A stretch of 64,000 bases of DNA from Micavibrio sp. UBA6929 (GCA_002448815.1 DKAJ01000003.1:175892-239891); one strand, 5' to 3'. Positions 36,488-47,553 are shown, counted from the stretch's first letter. The notes: generated from the sequence alone by a model not told the origin. A program made the numbers and translations.

Positions 36488-37630
36488 TTATTTTTGAATG
36501 CGCTGTAGGATCTTGGTAAAGGACTGTATGAAGGCGTCGATATCGCCCTGCGTTGTTTGCCATCCTGTTGATATGCGCAGCGTGCCTTTGGCAAGGTTTT
36601 TCTCGGTGCCCATGGCATTTAAAACGTGACTGGCTTTGACAGTGCCTGATGAGCACGCCGATCCGTTTGATATGGCGATGCCGTCTAGATCAAAGGCCAT
36701 CAGCATGCTTTCAGCTTTTGCGCCTGGGATGCTGATTAGGGTGCTGTTGGGGATGCGCGCGGCGGTTTGAGCATGGATGACGGCTTCAGGGCAGGTATCT
36801 GTGATTGCCTTTTCTAGGTGCGTGCGCAGGCCTTCAAGGCGCTGTTGCTCGTGCGTGAGGATATCCGCGTCGCAAGCCTGTGTGATGGCCGCGCCAAAGC
36901 CTGCGATCCCTGCAACATTTTCTGTGCCAGCGCGCTGTTTCTTTTCTTGCCCGCCGCCGTGCAGTAAAATCGGTGAGACGCCGCATAAGCCAACCGCCAA
37001 TGCGCCGACGCCTTGCGGCCCGCCAATTTTATGCGATGATACCGTCATGAGGTCGATGCCAAGTGCCTGCATATCGATGTGAATGCGTCCAAGGCCTTGC
37101 GTGGCGTCGCAGTGTATCAGCGCGCCTTTACTGTGGGCGAGGGTAGTGATGTCTTTTAAAGGCTGTAATGTGCCTGTTTCGTTGTTTGCCATCATAACCG
37201 ATACAAGGCTGGTGCGCGGCTCTGCGCCGAGCATGTTTTCAAGTGCGTCAAGGTTGACCACGCCGTTATGATCGGTTGGGATTGTTTTGATGTTCGCGCA
37301 AGGTAAATCGTGAATGGAGGGGTGCTCGGTCGCGCCGATCAGGATAGTTTCCTTTGGATAGGTTTGCGCAAAATGGTTGATGACCGTGTTGTTGCCTTCA
37401 GTTGCGCCGCTGTTAAATGTGATTTGCGCCGCAGGGCAGTTTATGGCGCGGGACAAGTGCGCGCGCGTATCTTCGATGATTTTACGGCCCATGCGGCCAT
37501 AGGCATGAACAGATGACGCGTTCAGCGGGAAAGCGTGCGCATCCATAATCGCAGTGCGTGCAAGATCACGCAGCGGCGACGTGGCATTATAATCGAGATA
37601 TATACGTTTCGTTAGGTCGTTATTGGCCAT
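36488..37630 (-). CDS. class V aminotransferase-fold cysteine desulfurase (NifS/IscS-like)
   Basis: IYLDYNATSP, the PLP-lysine motif SSHKIGGP and the active-site loop GSACSSG. Start chosen at MANNDL (37630). Confidence 0.85.
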   Translation of the reverse strand: MANNDLTKRIYLDYNATSPLRDLARTAIMDAHAFPLNASSVHAYGRMGRKIIEDTRAHLSRAINCPAAQITFNSGATEGNNTVINHFAQTYPKETILIGATEHPSIHDLPCANIKTIPTDHNGVVNLDALENMLGAEPRTSLVSVMMANNETGTLQPLKDITTLAHSKGALIHCDATQGLGRIHIDMQALGIDLMTVSSHKIGGPQGVGALAVGLCGVSPILLHGGGQEKKQRAGTENVAGIAGFGAAITQACDADILTHEQQRLEGLRTHLEKAITDTCPEAVIHAQTAARIPNSTLISIPGAKAESMLMAFDLDGIAISNGSACSSGTVKASHVLNAMGTEKNLAKGTLRISTGWQTTQGDIDAFIQSFTKILQRIQK

Positions 37631-37858
37631 AATTCTATGATATCCACATTGTTTTTCAAGCACTTATCATTATTTTCTGGACTTTTGCAAGCCTGAGTCT
37701 TTATAAAAGGTCATGCGCTGGCGAAGCAAGGAGCCAATCGGATGACATTTCAAATCTAAAAAATCCTTGTGTGCAGTGCAAAAGTTTTAATCGTTGTCAT
37801 AGTGCGTTTTTGACACTATATCGGCTACGGTTATTTTTATAAACTAGAAAGGGACTTT

Positions 37859-38542
37859 ATGCCTGAAGTTATCTTTAATGGCCCGGAAGGGCGTCTTGAA
37901 GGTCGTTACTCTCACTCCCAAGATAAAGATGCTCCGTTAGCACTTATTCTTCATCCAAGCCCAGAACTGGGTGGCACTATGAACAATAAGATCACCTATA
38001 TGATGCACCAGATTTTTGTTCAACGTGGATTTAAAACATTACGTTTTAACTTCCGTGGCGTTGGCCGTTCTCAAGGTGTGTATGACCATGGTGAAGGCGA
38101 GCTGAGCGATGCCGCATCGGCGCTGGACTGGATGCAGGAAATTAACCCGAATGCCCCTTATGTGTGGGTTGGTGGTTTTGCGTTTGGTGCGTGGATTTCG
38201 ATGCAATTGTTGATGCGCCGTCCTGAAATTCAGGGCTTTGTGTCAGTGGCTCCGCCAACGAATACGCAGGATTTTACATTCTTGGCACCGTGCCCAACAT
38301 CAGGTTTGGTCATGCATGGCAGCCGTGATGATGTTGTGACTGCGGAATCGATCACTGATTTTGCTGAGAAAATTCAGCTTCAAAAAGGGATTGAAATTGA
38401 TTGCCGTCAGATCGACGGTGCGAACCATTTCTTCCACGGTTATGAGGATCAATTGGTTGCCAATATCAATGATCACCTTGATCGTGCAGGTGCTGGTCGT
38501 TCGATGAATACACAATCAAAGTTGCTTGCGGCGGCGGAATAA
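37859..38542 (+). CDS. alpha/beta-fold hydrolase, function unknown
   Basis: 227 aa with hydrolase-like blocks: LILHPSPELGG, a nucleophile-elbow-like GGFAFGAW, then HGSRDDVV and ANHFF. Confidence 0.55.
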   Translation: MPEVIFNGPEGRLEGRYSHSQDKDAPLALILHPSPELGGTMNNKITYMMHQIFVQRGFKTLRFNFRGVGRSQGVYDHGEGELSDAASALDWMQEINPNAPYVWVGGFAFGAWISMQLLMRRPEIQGFVSVAPPTNTQDFTFLAPCPTSGLVMHGSRDDVVTAESITDFAEKIQLQKGIEIDCRQIDGANHFFHGYEDQLVANINDHLDRAGAGRSMNTQSKLLAAAE

Positions 38543-38572
38543 TTTTTCGCGTTACGTAACGATATGAACAAT

Positions 38573-38601
38573 AAAAAGCCCGCGGTAAAGCGGGCTTTTT
38601 T
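38573..38601. terminator. bidirectional rho-independent terminator
   Basis: AAAAAGCCCGC-ggtaaa-GCGGGCTTTTTT, a perfect stem flanked by A- and T-runs, between convergent genes. Confidence 0.85.
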
Positions 38602-38624
38602 GTATCTGAATGGGATGGTAAGGC

Positions 38625-39089
38625 TTATGCGCTTAGGGCGGCTTTGACCTCGTCAACGTGGCCTTTGACTTTGACTTTGGGCCAGATTTTTTCAATGACG
38701 CCGTTTTCATCAATCAGGAATGTTGTGCGCTCGATCCCCATGAATGTTTTGCCATACATGGATTTTTCTTTCCACGTGCCATAACGCTCACACACGTCGC
38801 TATGCTCGTCCGAGGCTAGCGGGAAGTTGAGGTTTTGCTTGGCTTTGAAAGTGTTGTGCTTTTTCACAGAGCATTTCGACAAGCCGATAATTTGCGCGCC
38901 AAGGTCATTAAAATCTGCCATGGCGTCGCGGAAATCACATGACTCTGTCGTGCAGCCAGGTGTGCTGTCTTTGGGGTAGAAATATAAAACGGTTTTCTTG
39001 CCGCGCAGATCGGACAGTGTGATCTTGCCGTCATTATCGGTGGGCAATGTAAAATCGGGGGCGGTGTCGCCAACATTAAGATGTGTCAT
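38625..39089 (-). CDS. bcp: thioredoxin-dependent thiol peroxidase (Bcp/PrxQ)
   Basis: FYPKDSTPGCTTESC peroxidatic-Cys motif. 154 aa. Confidence 0.9.
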   Translation of the reverse strand: MTHLNVGDTAPDFTLPTDNDGKITLSDLRGKKTVLYFYPKDSTPGCTTESCDFRDAMADFNDLGAQIIGLSKCSVKKHNTFKAKQNLNFPLASDEHSDVCERYGTWKEKSMYGKTFMGIERTTFLIDENGVIEKIWPKVKVKGHVDEVKAALSA

Positions 39090-39194
39090 GGATGATCCTT
39101 ATTTTTAGATGATCGATGCAATAAACATGGGGGTGAAATACATATAAATCAAGTTTCATCCCTAGATTTTCTTTTCCGCAGTCGTTTAAAATAT

Positions 39195-42100
39195 ATGTCT
39201 ATGAATACACAAACGCCACTTATTGATCCGCCGCGCTCACGGTCTGGATGGCTTCGGTCTTTGGTTAAGTTTTCTTTGATCTTAACTGCGATTGTTGCCG
39301 TTTTGATGGGGGCTTTCTTTTGGCGCATTGCCGCGTCGCCGCTGGATTTATCGGTGATTAAGCCGATGGTTGAGCGCTCACTTAGCTTTCCTGAAAATGG
39401 TGTGCGCGTTCAGATTGGCGATATTCATTTGAAATGGGCACCGAAAGAGCGCGCCGTTTTTATGAGTGCGAGTAAAACGCGCATTTTAGGCCGTAACGAT
39501 CAGGTGATGATGGCGATTGAAAATATGGCCATGAGCGCATCATTTAAGCATTTATTGATGGGGCGTTTGCGCCCGCGCGTTATCATGATTTTTGGGCCGC
39601 ATTTGGTGGTTGATCGTCTTGCGGACGGTCGTTTTGATTTTGGCTTTGATAGTGCAGGGGCGCCTGCGCCGGCCAATGATTTAAACACGCCTGAAAAAGA
39701 TGATGTGCTGGCCGAGATCTTGGGCGCCGTTGGGCATGTGGGCGGACGCTCGGCAGAGCGCGGGCCGTTAAGTGCGCTACGCCGTTTTGAAATTCGTCAG
39801 GCTGATATGATTGTGCGTGATCATAAAATTGGGGCTGAGTGGATTGTACCGCGCGTGGATGTGCGTTTTTCGGCGTTTCGCCACCAAGGCCTGCGTATGT
39901 CGGCGGATGTTGCGCTGGGCTTTGAGGGGGATGAGCGTAATCACATTCGTGTGAATGCGGTTATGCCTGTCGGGCAATCGGATTTCGAAGTGCAGCTTGA
40001 TGTGCGAGAGCTTTCTTCGCGTTATGTGATGAATAAGTTACCGTATTTGGATGCGCTGGGCGATCAGGATTTAACTTTGGATGGCCGCGTTCGCGCCAAA
40101 CTATCATCTGATTTACAATTATCCTCGATGGATGTTGATTTGGAATCTGCGCAGGGACGTTTGGATTTAGATATTTATGACGGTAAACCGCTTAGCTATA
40201 CCGACCTTATCGTTCATGCGCGTTATGATGCTCAAGGCGGCGTCAGGATAAGCGAAAGCGGCGTGACGATCGAGGGACTGCCGATCAGCATTGCCGCAGA
40301 TGTTAAGGCTGATGCAGCAGGTTACGATGGGGCGCTGCGCATTGATGTGCCGCAGATGCGCCGCGAAAATTTTGTGCAATTGTGGCCAGAGTCTTTGCAT
40401 TATGTCGGGGCGTATTCGTGGCTGTCTGAGAAGATATCAGATGGTCTTTACCGTGATGTGTCCGCCGTGATTGATGCGTCTTATCATCCTGATGCAGGTG
40501 AGGTCTTTGTTTTTGAAAATGCGCGCGTTGATTTTGCCTTTGACGCGATGAAAATTGATTATCGCGCGCCGATGGTGCCGATTACGCAGGCCAAAGGTGA
40601 AGGCTTTTTTGATTATCAAAGTGAATATCTGTCACTGGATATGCAAAGCGGTAAAGCAGGGGCGCTGGATATTGTGCGCGGCGATGTTGAGCTTGCCCAC
40701 ATTGTTGAGAGCGGTCACGGCGATGCAGATGTTTTTGTTGTTCTGAAAGGGCAGCTTGCCGATGTGTTTGGTTTTCTTGAGGCCAAGCCTATTGCCTTTA
40801 ATCATGGTTATAATAAATCCCGCATTTTGGGTGAGGCTGAGCTGAAGGTGAATATTGGCGTGCCGACACATGGGCATGTCACGATGGATGATGTGAAAAT
40901 TGATGTGCGCGGCACGGTGAAAAATGGCCAATTGCCGCATATCTTGAAAACGACGGATTTGTCGCAAGTCGATGCACGCGTTGTGATTGATCAAAATGCC
41001 GTTGATGTCGCCGGTAAGGGGATGTTTGGCGGGCAAAACCTACGGTTTGATTATCAAGGCTTTCTTGAATCAGAGGGGCAGCCCTTTAAAGAAAAAATTA
41101 CTGTAAAAGGGCGCGCGAATGACGATACGCTTGATCGTCTTGATATTGACCTGAGTGCCTTTCTTGGCGGCGAAATGGGCGTTGATGCGATCTATACGAA
41201 TTATGGCGGCGGTAAGCAAAATGTGCAGGTGAAAGCAGATTTAGGCAGCGCGCACATTTATTCCCCGCAACTGGGCTATGATAAGGCATCGGGCGTGGCG
41301 GCGCAGGCAGAACTTTCCTTGGATCTGCGTCATGGGACGGCGCGCGCAATTTCAGGTTTGCATGTTATGGGGCCAGATTTGCTTATTGAAAATGGCGCGC
41401 TGAGCTTTGCGCCAAAAACTGGTATGCTCAGCGGCGGTAATGCGCCGTTTATGCGTGTTGGGCAAAGCTATGGCCGCGTTGAGTTTAGCGTTGATGCAGA
41501 TCAGCGCTATATGATTGATGGCGATATGCAGGTTTATGATCTGCGGCCACTTTTGAATAAGGATAAAAAGAATACATCGCAGACGGAGGATCAGATTGCC
41601 TTGATTGCAACGCTGAAGGCGAGTGAGCTTTTAACTCATAAAGAGCAGCGCGTGCGCGATAGTCAGATTTACGCCGATATTACTGAAGAGGGGCGCTTTC
41701 AGCAGTTGGAAATGGATGCCAAGGTCGGTCGCGGCAGTATTTATCTGCGGTATAAGCCTAATGATGAAGGGGTGCGCGTCTTCAGGTTTGAGGCCGATGA
41801 TGCGGGCGCAACGCTGGCGGCATTTGGTTTGTATCAACAAATTCGCGGGGGATCTATTCTTGTCCATGCCGAGCCTTTAAATCGCTTGTTAGACGGGAAT
41901 TTGATTGGCGTGGCCGAGATTAAAGATTTTCGCGTAGTTGAAGCGCCAACCTTGGCGAAGCTGCTTAGTTTGACATCGTTTGATGGTTTAACCAGCGGTA
42001 TATCAGAGGAAGGGATTGGCTTTTCCCGCCTTGAAACGCAGTTTGATTGGACATACCGGCCAGGGGGCAGCTTGATTACGCTGCAAGAAGGGCGCACATC

Positions 42101-42362
42101 TGGGTCGTCTATTGGTTTGACGTTTGATGGCGTTGTGGATCAACATGCAGGCACGATTGATGTGTCAGGAACGATCATCCCCGTTTCGGGGGTGAATAAT
42201 ATGATTAAATCTATTCCTGTCTTGGGGGATGTGCTTACAGGTGGAAGCGGCGTTTTTGCCGCGACGTATAAGGTGAAAGGCAAGGCAAATGAGCCTGAAA
42301 TTTCGATTAATCCCTTATCTGTGCTGGCGCCAGGAATTATTAGACGTGTGCTTTTTGAGTAA
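39195..42362 (+). CDS. AsmA-like/YhdP-family (DUF3971) large envelope protein
   Basis: N-terminal TM anchor and a long beta-rich body. The C-terminus GTIIPVSGVNNMIKSIPVLGDVLTGG...YKVKGKANEPEISINPLSVLAPG is typical of AsmA-like C-terminal regions. Confidence 0.6.
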   Translation: MSMNTQTPLIDPPRSRSGWLRSLVKFSLILTAIVAVLMGAFFWRIAASPLDLSVIKPMVERSLSFPENGVRVQIGDIHLKWAPKERAVFMSASKTRILGRNDQVMMAIENMAMSASFKHLLMGRLRPRVIMIFGPHLVVDRLADGRFDFGFDSAGAPAPANDLNTPEKDDVLAEILGAVGHVGGRSAERGPLSALRRFEIRQADMIVRDHKIGAEWIVPRVDVRFSAFRHQGLRMSADVALGFEGDERNHIRVNAVMPVGQSDFEVQLDVRELSSRYVMNKLPYLDALGDQDLTLDGRVRAKLSSDLQLSSMDVDLESAQGRLDLDIYDGKPLSYTDLIVHARYDAQGGVRISESGVTIEGLPISIAADVKADAAGYDGALRIDVPQMRRENFVQLWPESLHYVGAYSWLSEKISDGLYRDVSAVIDASYHPDAGEVFVFENARVDFAFDAMKIDYRAPMVPITQAKGEGFFDYQSEYLSLDMQSGKAGALDIVRGDVELAHIVESGHGDADVFVVLKGQLADVFGFLEAKPIAFNHGYNKSRILGEAELKVNIGVPTHGHVTMDDVKIDVRGTVKNGQLPHILKTTDLSQVDARVVIDQNAVDVAGKGMFGGQNLRFDYQGFLESEGQPFKEKITVKGRANDDTLDRLDIDLSAFLGGEMGVDAIYTNYGGGKQNVQVKADLGSAHIYSPQLGYDKASGVAAQAELSLDLRHGTARAISGLHVMGPDLLIENGALSFAPKTGMLSGGNAPFMRVGQSYGRVEFSVDADQRYMIDGDMQVYDLRPLLNKDKKNTSQTEDQIALIATLKASELLTHKEQRVRDSQIYADITEEGRFQQLEMDAKVGRGSIYLRYKPNDEGVRVFRFEADDAGATLAAFGLYQQIRGGSILVHAEPLNRLLDGNLIGVAEIKDFRVVEAPTLAKLLSLTSFDGLTSGISEEGIGFSRLETQFDWTYRPGGSLITLQEGRTSGSSIGLTFDGVVDQHAGTIDVSGTIIPVSGVNNMIKSIPVLGDVLTGGSGVFAATYKVKGKANEPEISINPLSVLAPGIIRRVLFE

Positions 42363-42483
42363 TTTAAGTATGCATTTTCAATATTGTTGAAATATAATTT
42401 CTTCTTGTTGTTTTTTTATTGACGCACTTTTCTGCATTGATATATGTTTCGCCAAATTTTTACAAGCATAAGGTGTAGACATA

Positions 42484-42822
42484 ATGGGTAGTGTGAATGT
42501 TAAAATGAATGGTGAGCGTTACAGCGTTTCATCTTTGAAAGAATTTGATCAGTTATGCGATAGTACGCAGCAGATGCCAGATACGATCCCTTATGAGCTT
42601 TTGCCTAAAGACTTTATGCAGGCGACCTCTCAACCTTTGCCCCAGCAGCAGCAGCAGGGTGTTCGTTTGTCACAACAGCAGCGCGATGCAGCAACAGGTT
42701 TTAATCATTCAGGTGATGCGTTGACGACACCTCAGATGGGTATTGTGCGCAGTGATGCAAAAGCATTTAATCAAATGAATGATGCTGATGTTTCTGCCTT
42801 GTTGCAGCGCCAAATGGGATAA
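42484..42822 (+). CDS. hypothetical small Gln-rich protein
   Basis: 112-aa ORF, preceded by TTGACG-16 nt-TATATG and aaggtgtagac before the ATG. I recognise no family. Confidence 0.35.
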   Translation: MGSVNVKMNGERYSVSSLKEFDQLCDSTQQMPDTIPYELLPKDFMQATSQPLPQQQQQGVRLSQQQRDAATGFNHSGDALTTPQMGIVRSDAKAFNQMNDADVSALLQRQMG

Positions 42823-42843
42823 GGCGATGCTTTGCCTTGAAGG

Positions 42844-43269
42844 TTAGTCGTGTTTGGCGACTTTCATGGCGAAAACCGCGCTCCAGCTAATCATCATTAA
42901 TCCGACTAAGGCTTCTGTGCCTGCAAGGATACGTAAATGTCCTGTCGGGAAGAGATCCCCAAAGCCGAGTGACGTATAGGTTGTGGCCGAGAAATACATG
43001 TAATCATGTAAATCTTTAGCGCCTTCTATGGTACCGACTTGCGCGGCGAACTGCGTCGAAAGTACCCAATAGACCAATCCGAATAAGATAATTTCAATCC
43101 AGTGCAGCCATACGGCATAGGCGGTATAGCGCATGATTTTTAGTGTTGGGCGGCGGTGCTGTTCTTCGATGAAGAAGCCTTTGGCCTTATCAAGTGCGAA
43201 GGCGTGCAGGGCAACTGTGCCGATACAGAAAAAGAAGCTCATCCACCAAATCAAAAGCGATAACAACAT
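42844..43269 (-). CDS. minimal potassium-channel-like pore protein (Ion_trans_2-like)
   Basis: TSLGFGD selectivity-filter-like motif between hydrophobic helices. 141 aa with no cytoplasmic regulatory domain. Confidence 0.55.
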   Translation of the reverse strand: MLLSLLIWWMSFFFCIGTVALHAFALDKAKGFFIEEQHRRPTLKIMRYTAYAVWLHWIEIILFGLVYWVLSTQFAAQVGTIEGAKDLHDYMYFSATTYTSLGFGDLFPTGHLRILAGTEALVGLMMISWSAVFAMKVAKHD

Positions 43270-43303
43270 TTGAGGGGGGGGCTCCTTATCTTGTTAGCGT
43301 TGG

Positions 43304-44554
43304 TTAGGCAACCTTGACGAGCGCGTGTTTTTTCTTGCTGGCCGAGATTTTGATGCTGTCGCCGTTCATGTGATCGGTTGATACGGTGCAGGCCTCGTCA
43401 CTGACTTTTTTATCATTGATGCGAACGCCGCCACCTTTGATCAGGCGGCGCGCTTCACCTTTGGACGAGGCAAAGCCTGCCTCGATCAACAGATCAAGCA
43501 TGGCAATACCGCTGCTGAGGGCGTCATGTGATACAGGGACGGTTGGCAAGTCGCCGCCAACGCCGCCTTGTTCAAAGACTTTTTGCGCTGTGGCTGCGGC
43601 CTCTTGGGCTGCGGCTTCGCCGTGGCACATTTGCGTTGCTTCGAAGGCAAGGACTTTTTTGGCCTCGTTGATTTCTTGGCCTTGCAGCGCCTCTAGCTTT
43701 TCAATTTCACTGATGGGCATAGTCGTAAAACGGCGTAAGAGTGTGCCGACCATCACATCATCGACGTTGCGCCAGTATTGATAGTAATCATAAGGGGATA
43801 GCATTTCTTTGTTGAGCCATACCGCGCCGCCCTCGGTCTTGCCCATTTTCTTGCCGTCTGGCGTTGTTAGCAACGGTGCGGTTAGGCCGAACAGCTTAAC
43901 GCGGTCGGCTTTATGGCCAAGGTCAACGCCGTTAATGATGTTGCCCCATTGGTCAGATCCGCCCATTTGCAAAATTGTGCCGTGGCGGCGGTTAAGCTCG
44001 AGGAAGTCAAAGCCTTGCATAACCATGTAGTTAAATTCCAACAGAGAAAGCGGGCTTTCACGCTCTAGGCGCTGTTTAACGCTGTCGAAAGATAGCATGC
44101 GGTTTACCGTGAAATAACGGCCGTAATCGCGCAGGAATTCCAAGTATTTAAGCTCATCCAGCCAGTCATTATTATTGACCATAAGCGCATCTGTTTCGCC
44201 GTCACCGTATGTTAAGAATTGCTGAAAACAGGTTTTTTCAAGCGCATCAATATTGGCCTGAATGGATTCGTCGGTGAGGGCTTGGCGCTCTTTATCCTTG
44301 AATGATGGGTCGCCGATCTTTCCTGTGCCGCCGCCCATTAATGTGATGGGTTTATGACCGCTTTGCTGGAACCAATACAGCATCATTTGGCCGGTCAGGT
44401 GACCAACGTGCAATGATTGGGCCGTGGGATCAAAGCCAATATAAGCCGTTTGAATGCCTTCGCAAAGTTTTGCATCAAGCGCGTCAAAGTCAGAACATTG
44501 GTGGATAAAGCCACGCTGTTCGAGTATATTTAGGAAGTCGGATTTATAAGTCAT
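43304..44554 (-). CDS. tyrS: tyrosine--tRNA ligase
   Basis: HVGHL (HIGH) and KMGKT (KMSKS) motifs, plus a C-terminal S4-like domain. Confidence 0.95.
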   Translation of the reverse strand: MTYKSDFLNILEQRGFIHQCSDFDALDAKLCEGIQTAYIGFDPTAQSLHVGHLTGQMMLYWFQQSGHKPITLMGGGTGKIGDPSFKDKERQALTDESIQANIDALEKTCFQQFLTYGDGETDALMVNNNDWLDELKYLEFLRDYGRYFTVNRMLSFDSVKQRLERESPLSLLEFNYMVMQGFDFLELNRRHGTILQMGGSDQWGNIINGVDLGHKADRVKLFGLTAPLLTTPDGKKMGKTEGGAVWLNKEMLSPYDYYQYWRNVDDVMVGTLLRRFTTMPISEIEKLEALQGQEINEAKKVLAFEATQMCHGEAAAQEAAATAQKVFEQGGVGGDLPTVPVSHDALSSGIAMLDLLIEAGFASSKGEARRLIKGGGVRINDKKVSDEACTVSTDHMNGDSIKISASKKKHALVKVA

Positions 44555-44569
44555 GGATTGAGTTTTAGC

Positions 44570-45643
44570 ATGGAAAATAAAAAAGTCTATAGAGCAATTG
44601 GCCTAATGTCAGGCACATCGCTGGATGGTGTGGATATTGCGCTGATTGAAACGGATGGTTTTGACTATGTGAAACCAGTGCGCAGCAGTTTTTATGCGTA
44701 TAGCGATGATTTGCGCATGGCGGTGAAGGCTTGTTTTGGTCAGGCCTCGGCGGATCAGGATGTTGTTGATATGATTACGCAGGCCCATGTGCGCGCGGTG
44801 CGGGATTTTGGTGAGCGCGCCGATATTATTGGCTTTCACGGGCAAACCATTTTTCATGATCCAGATCATGGTGTGACCGTGCAAATTGGTGATGGGCAGG
44901 TGCTGGCCGATGCGTGCACGATGCCTGTTGTTTTTGATCTGCGCAGCGCTGATGTCGCCGCAGGCGGGCAGGGTGCACCTTTGTTGCCGCTATATCATCG
45001 GGCGCGGGCGCTGCAGGCTGGTTTGGATTTGCCTGCTGCGATTGTGAATATTGGCGGCGTGTCGAATGTGACATGGATAGGCGGCGCAAGTGATGATGAT
45101 GTGCTGGCCTTTGATTGCGGGCCGGGGAATGCATTGCTGGATGACTTTGTAAAGCAGCGCACGGGGCAGTCCTTTGATCAAGGCGGAGCGCTGGCCAAGG
45201 CGGGGAAAGTGAACGAGGCCTTAGTCGCGCAGTGGATGGCGCATCCGTATTTTGATGCGCCTGCGCCAAAGTCACTGGACCGTGATGCATGGGATGTGCG
45301 CGGCGTGCAGGATTTATCTGACGCCGATGGGGCAGCAAGTTTGTCTGCGTTTACGGCGGCGGCGATTTTGGAAAGTGCGGCGCACTTACCGCAGATGCCC
45401 GCGCACTGGTATATCAGTGGCGGTGGCCGTCATAATGATTATGTGATGGGTTTATTACGCGCGGGGGTGGATGCGCCCGTTGATAGCGTCGATGTTTTAG
45501 GATGGGATGGTGATAGTATCGAGGCCGAAGGCTTTGCCTATCTAGCGGTCAGGTCTTTGTTGAAATTGCCGATTAGCGCTCCGGGTACAACGGGCGCGCC
45601 GTCACCTATGACGGGAGGGCGTCTGGCGTTGCCTGCATCTTAG
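44570..45643 (+). CDS. anmK: anhydro-N-acetylmuramic acid kinase
   Basis: [16 protein letters not shown]-terminal motif. ATG at 44570, with an alternative TTG at 44558. Confidence 0.85.
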   Translation: MENKKVYRAIGLMSGTSLDGVDIALIETDGFDYVKPVRSSFYAYSDDLRMAVKACFGQASADQDVVDMITQAHVRAVRDFGERADIIGFHGQTIFHDPDHGVTVQIGDGQVLADACTMPVVFDLRSADVAAGGQGAPLLPLYHRARALQAGLDLPAAIVNIGGVSNVTWIGGASDDDVLAFDCGPGNALLDDFVKQRTGQSFDQGGALAKAGKVNEALVAQWMAHPYFDAPAPKSLDRDAWDVRGVQDLSDADGAASLSAFTAAAILESAAHLPQMPAHWYISGGGRHNDYVMGLLRAGVDAPVDSVDVLGWDGDSIEAEGFAYLAVRSLLKLPISAPGTTGAPSPMTGGRLALPAS

Positions 45644-46412
45644 GCGTGGAGTGCTTTTCGTGATGACTGTCGATGTGGCGTTTAAATTCACCAAACAGTG
45701 CTTCGTGCAGTTCGCCTTTGAATTCAAAATGCGCCTGAACCCCGATGAAAAAGTCGCGATCAATTGCCGAGATCGCCTCGATCACTTTATCGTCGGGGCA
45801 TTGGGCTTCGGTTTGGAAAACATCGCGCAGGCGTGTTGATTGCTCGCTGTTCCAGCCTTCTTCGGTGATGCCTTCATAGTGAATGGAATTTACGCCGAGG
45901 CGTCTTTGGTCATCACATAGATGTTTAAAAATGGGAAAGAGTTGCCCGTTTGGTTGGAAGGTTATTTTATGCACTTCTTGATCCATAGCCACAAAATCGC
46001 CGCGATGATTGTATCCTGAGGCATGGATGTCACTGTCTAGTTTTTGAAGGGCGCCGCCATAGGCTGCCACCATTTCTTGCATGCCGCGGCAAATGCCGAG
46101 TGTTGGCAGGTTGCGAGCGTGCGCTTCGCGGATTAAGGCGATCGCGGTGAAATCCCGTATAATATCATGGTCGTCTGGCGATGGGTTAGGATCGCGGCCA
46201 ACGAAGGACGGGTGAATATTTGAATCGCCACCTGGCAGGAGCAGCCCGTCTAATCCATCAAGGGCTTTGGCGGCATTGATATTCATGCGTGGTTTGATGA
46301 TGCGCACATCAATGTCGCGTGTTTTAAATGGTGTCAGCCAACGATCGCATAATGGCGCGGTGTTGTTGCATAAAATGCCAATGATGGGTTTTGTTGTTTG
46401 CGGCGTTGCCAC
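45606..46412 (-). CDS. class I glutamine amidotransferase-like hydrolase (peptidase C26, PuuD-like)
   Basis: LGICRGMQEM nucleophile Cys and GVQAHFE His/Glu motif. Confidence 0.7.
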   Translation of the reverse strand: MATPQTTKPIIGILCNNTAPLCDRWLTPFKTRDIDVRIIKPRMNINAAKALDGLDGLLLPGGDSNIHPSFVGRDPNPSPDDHDIIRDFTAIALIREAHARNLPTLGICRGMQEMVAAYGGALQKLDSDIHASGYNHRGDFVAMDQEVHKITFQPNGQLFPIFKHLCDDQRRLGVNSIHYEGITEEGWNSEQSTRLRDVFQTEAQCPDDKVIEAISAIDRDFFIGVQAHFEFKGELHEALFGEFKRHIDSHHEKHSTPKMQATPDALPS

Positions 46413-46526
46413 GTGTGCCCTCGATTACTTAAACGCAGTTTCTTTTATTATGATTATGCGAATATAATAAAAGAATGCTTAAAAAAGCAAGAAATTTGCA
46501 TAATTTATGTGATTTTGTGGTGGAGG

Positions 46527-47537
46527 CTATAGCCCGTAATAGCGCTTGTACCAGACGGCAAACTTTTCAAGCCCTTCCTTCAGCGGCGTTGAGGGTTTAA
46601 AGCCGATCGCATCGTGAAGGTCATCTGTGTTGGCGTATGTGGCGTAAACGTCACCGGGCTGCATCGGCAGCATTTCCATGTTGGCCTTTTTGCCAAGGGC
46701 ATCTTCCAAATAGGTGATGAAGTCCATCAGTTTTTCAGGATTGTTATTGCCGATATTATACAGGCGGTATGGCGAGTCTGATGATTTTGGTGACGGCGCA
46801 TCCGACGACCAATTTGGATCAGGCGTTGGTACATGGTCGATCAGGCGCACCATAGATTCGACGATATCATCGATATAGGTGAAGTCGCGCATCATGTCGC
46901 CGTTATTGAAGACCTGAATATTTTCGCCATTGATAATCTTGTTTGTGAAACTGTAATAGGCCATGTCTGGGCGTCCCCATGGGCCGTAAACAGTAAAGAA
47001 ACGCAGGCCTGTGCATGGCAGGCGGTAAAGATGCGCGTAAGTATGCGCCATCATTTCGTTTGATTTCTTTGTTGCGGCGTACAGGCTGACGGGGTGGTCA
47101 ACGCCGTGATCTTCATCGAAAGGCACGGTTGTGTTCGCCCCGTAAACCGAGCTGGACGAGGCGAAAATCAGATGCTGCACATCGTTGTGGCGGCATCCTT
47201 CTAGGATGTTCATAAAGCCTGTAAGGTTGCTGTCGACATAAGCGTGCGGATTTTCGATGGAATATCTGACGCCTGCTTGCGCGGCTAGGTTGACGACAAT
47301 TTCAGGCTTGGTGCGCGCGAAATAGTCTTTCATGGCTGCCTTGTCGGCAAGGTCGATTTGCTCGAAACTGAAATTGCGCAGGGAGCTAAGCTCGTGCAGG
47401 CGTGCGTGTTTCAGCGTTGGGTCATAATAATCGTTGAGATTATCAATGCCGTATACGTTAAAGCCTGCTGCGCATAATTTTTGAACATAGTGAAAGCCGA
47501 TGAAGCCAGCCGCACCAGTGACGAGGATTTTTTTCAT
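46527..47537 (-). CDS. NAD-dependent SDR epimerase, UDP-glucuronate 4-epimerase-like
   Basis: MKKILVTGAAGFIGFH, DNLNDYYDPTLK and YAATKKSNE (YxxxK), in the pattern of the Cap1J/LpsL-type family. Confidence 0.7.
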   Translation of the reverse strand: MKKILVTGAAGFIGFHYVQKLCAAGFNVYGIDNLNDYYDPTLKHARLHELSSLRNFSFEQIDLADKAAMKDYFARTKPEIVVNLAAQAGVRYSIENPHAYVDSNLTGFMNILEGCRHNDVQHLIFASSSSVYGANTTVPFDEDHGVDHPVSLYAATKKSNEMMAHTYAHLYRLPCTGLRFFTVYGPWGRPDMAYYSFTNKIINGENIQVFNNGDMMRDFTYIDDIVESMVRLIDHVPTPDPNWSSDAPSPKSSDSPYRLYNIGNNNPEKLMDFITYLEDALGKKANMEMLPMQPGDVYATYANTDDLHDAIGFKPSTPLKEGLEKFAVWYKRYYGL

Positions 47538-47553
47538 GGACGGTATTTTACTC

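Noticed and set aside
36483-36656. N-terminal extensions in the ORF track: 36144-36656, 17623-18474, 12079-13980, 54318-55109 and 60716-61114.
   Set aside because: The extensions overlap the adjacent well-supported genes and have no family-like sequence. Internal ATGs placed at or next to the neighbour's stop give proteins with canonical N-termini.
42484-42822. The Gln-rich 112-aa ORF as an antitoxin, immunity protein or partner of the adjacent mini K+ channel.
   Set aside because: The two genes are convergent, not co-transcribed. The ORF has no recognisable motif, so there is not enough evidence for any functional claim.
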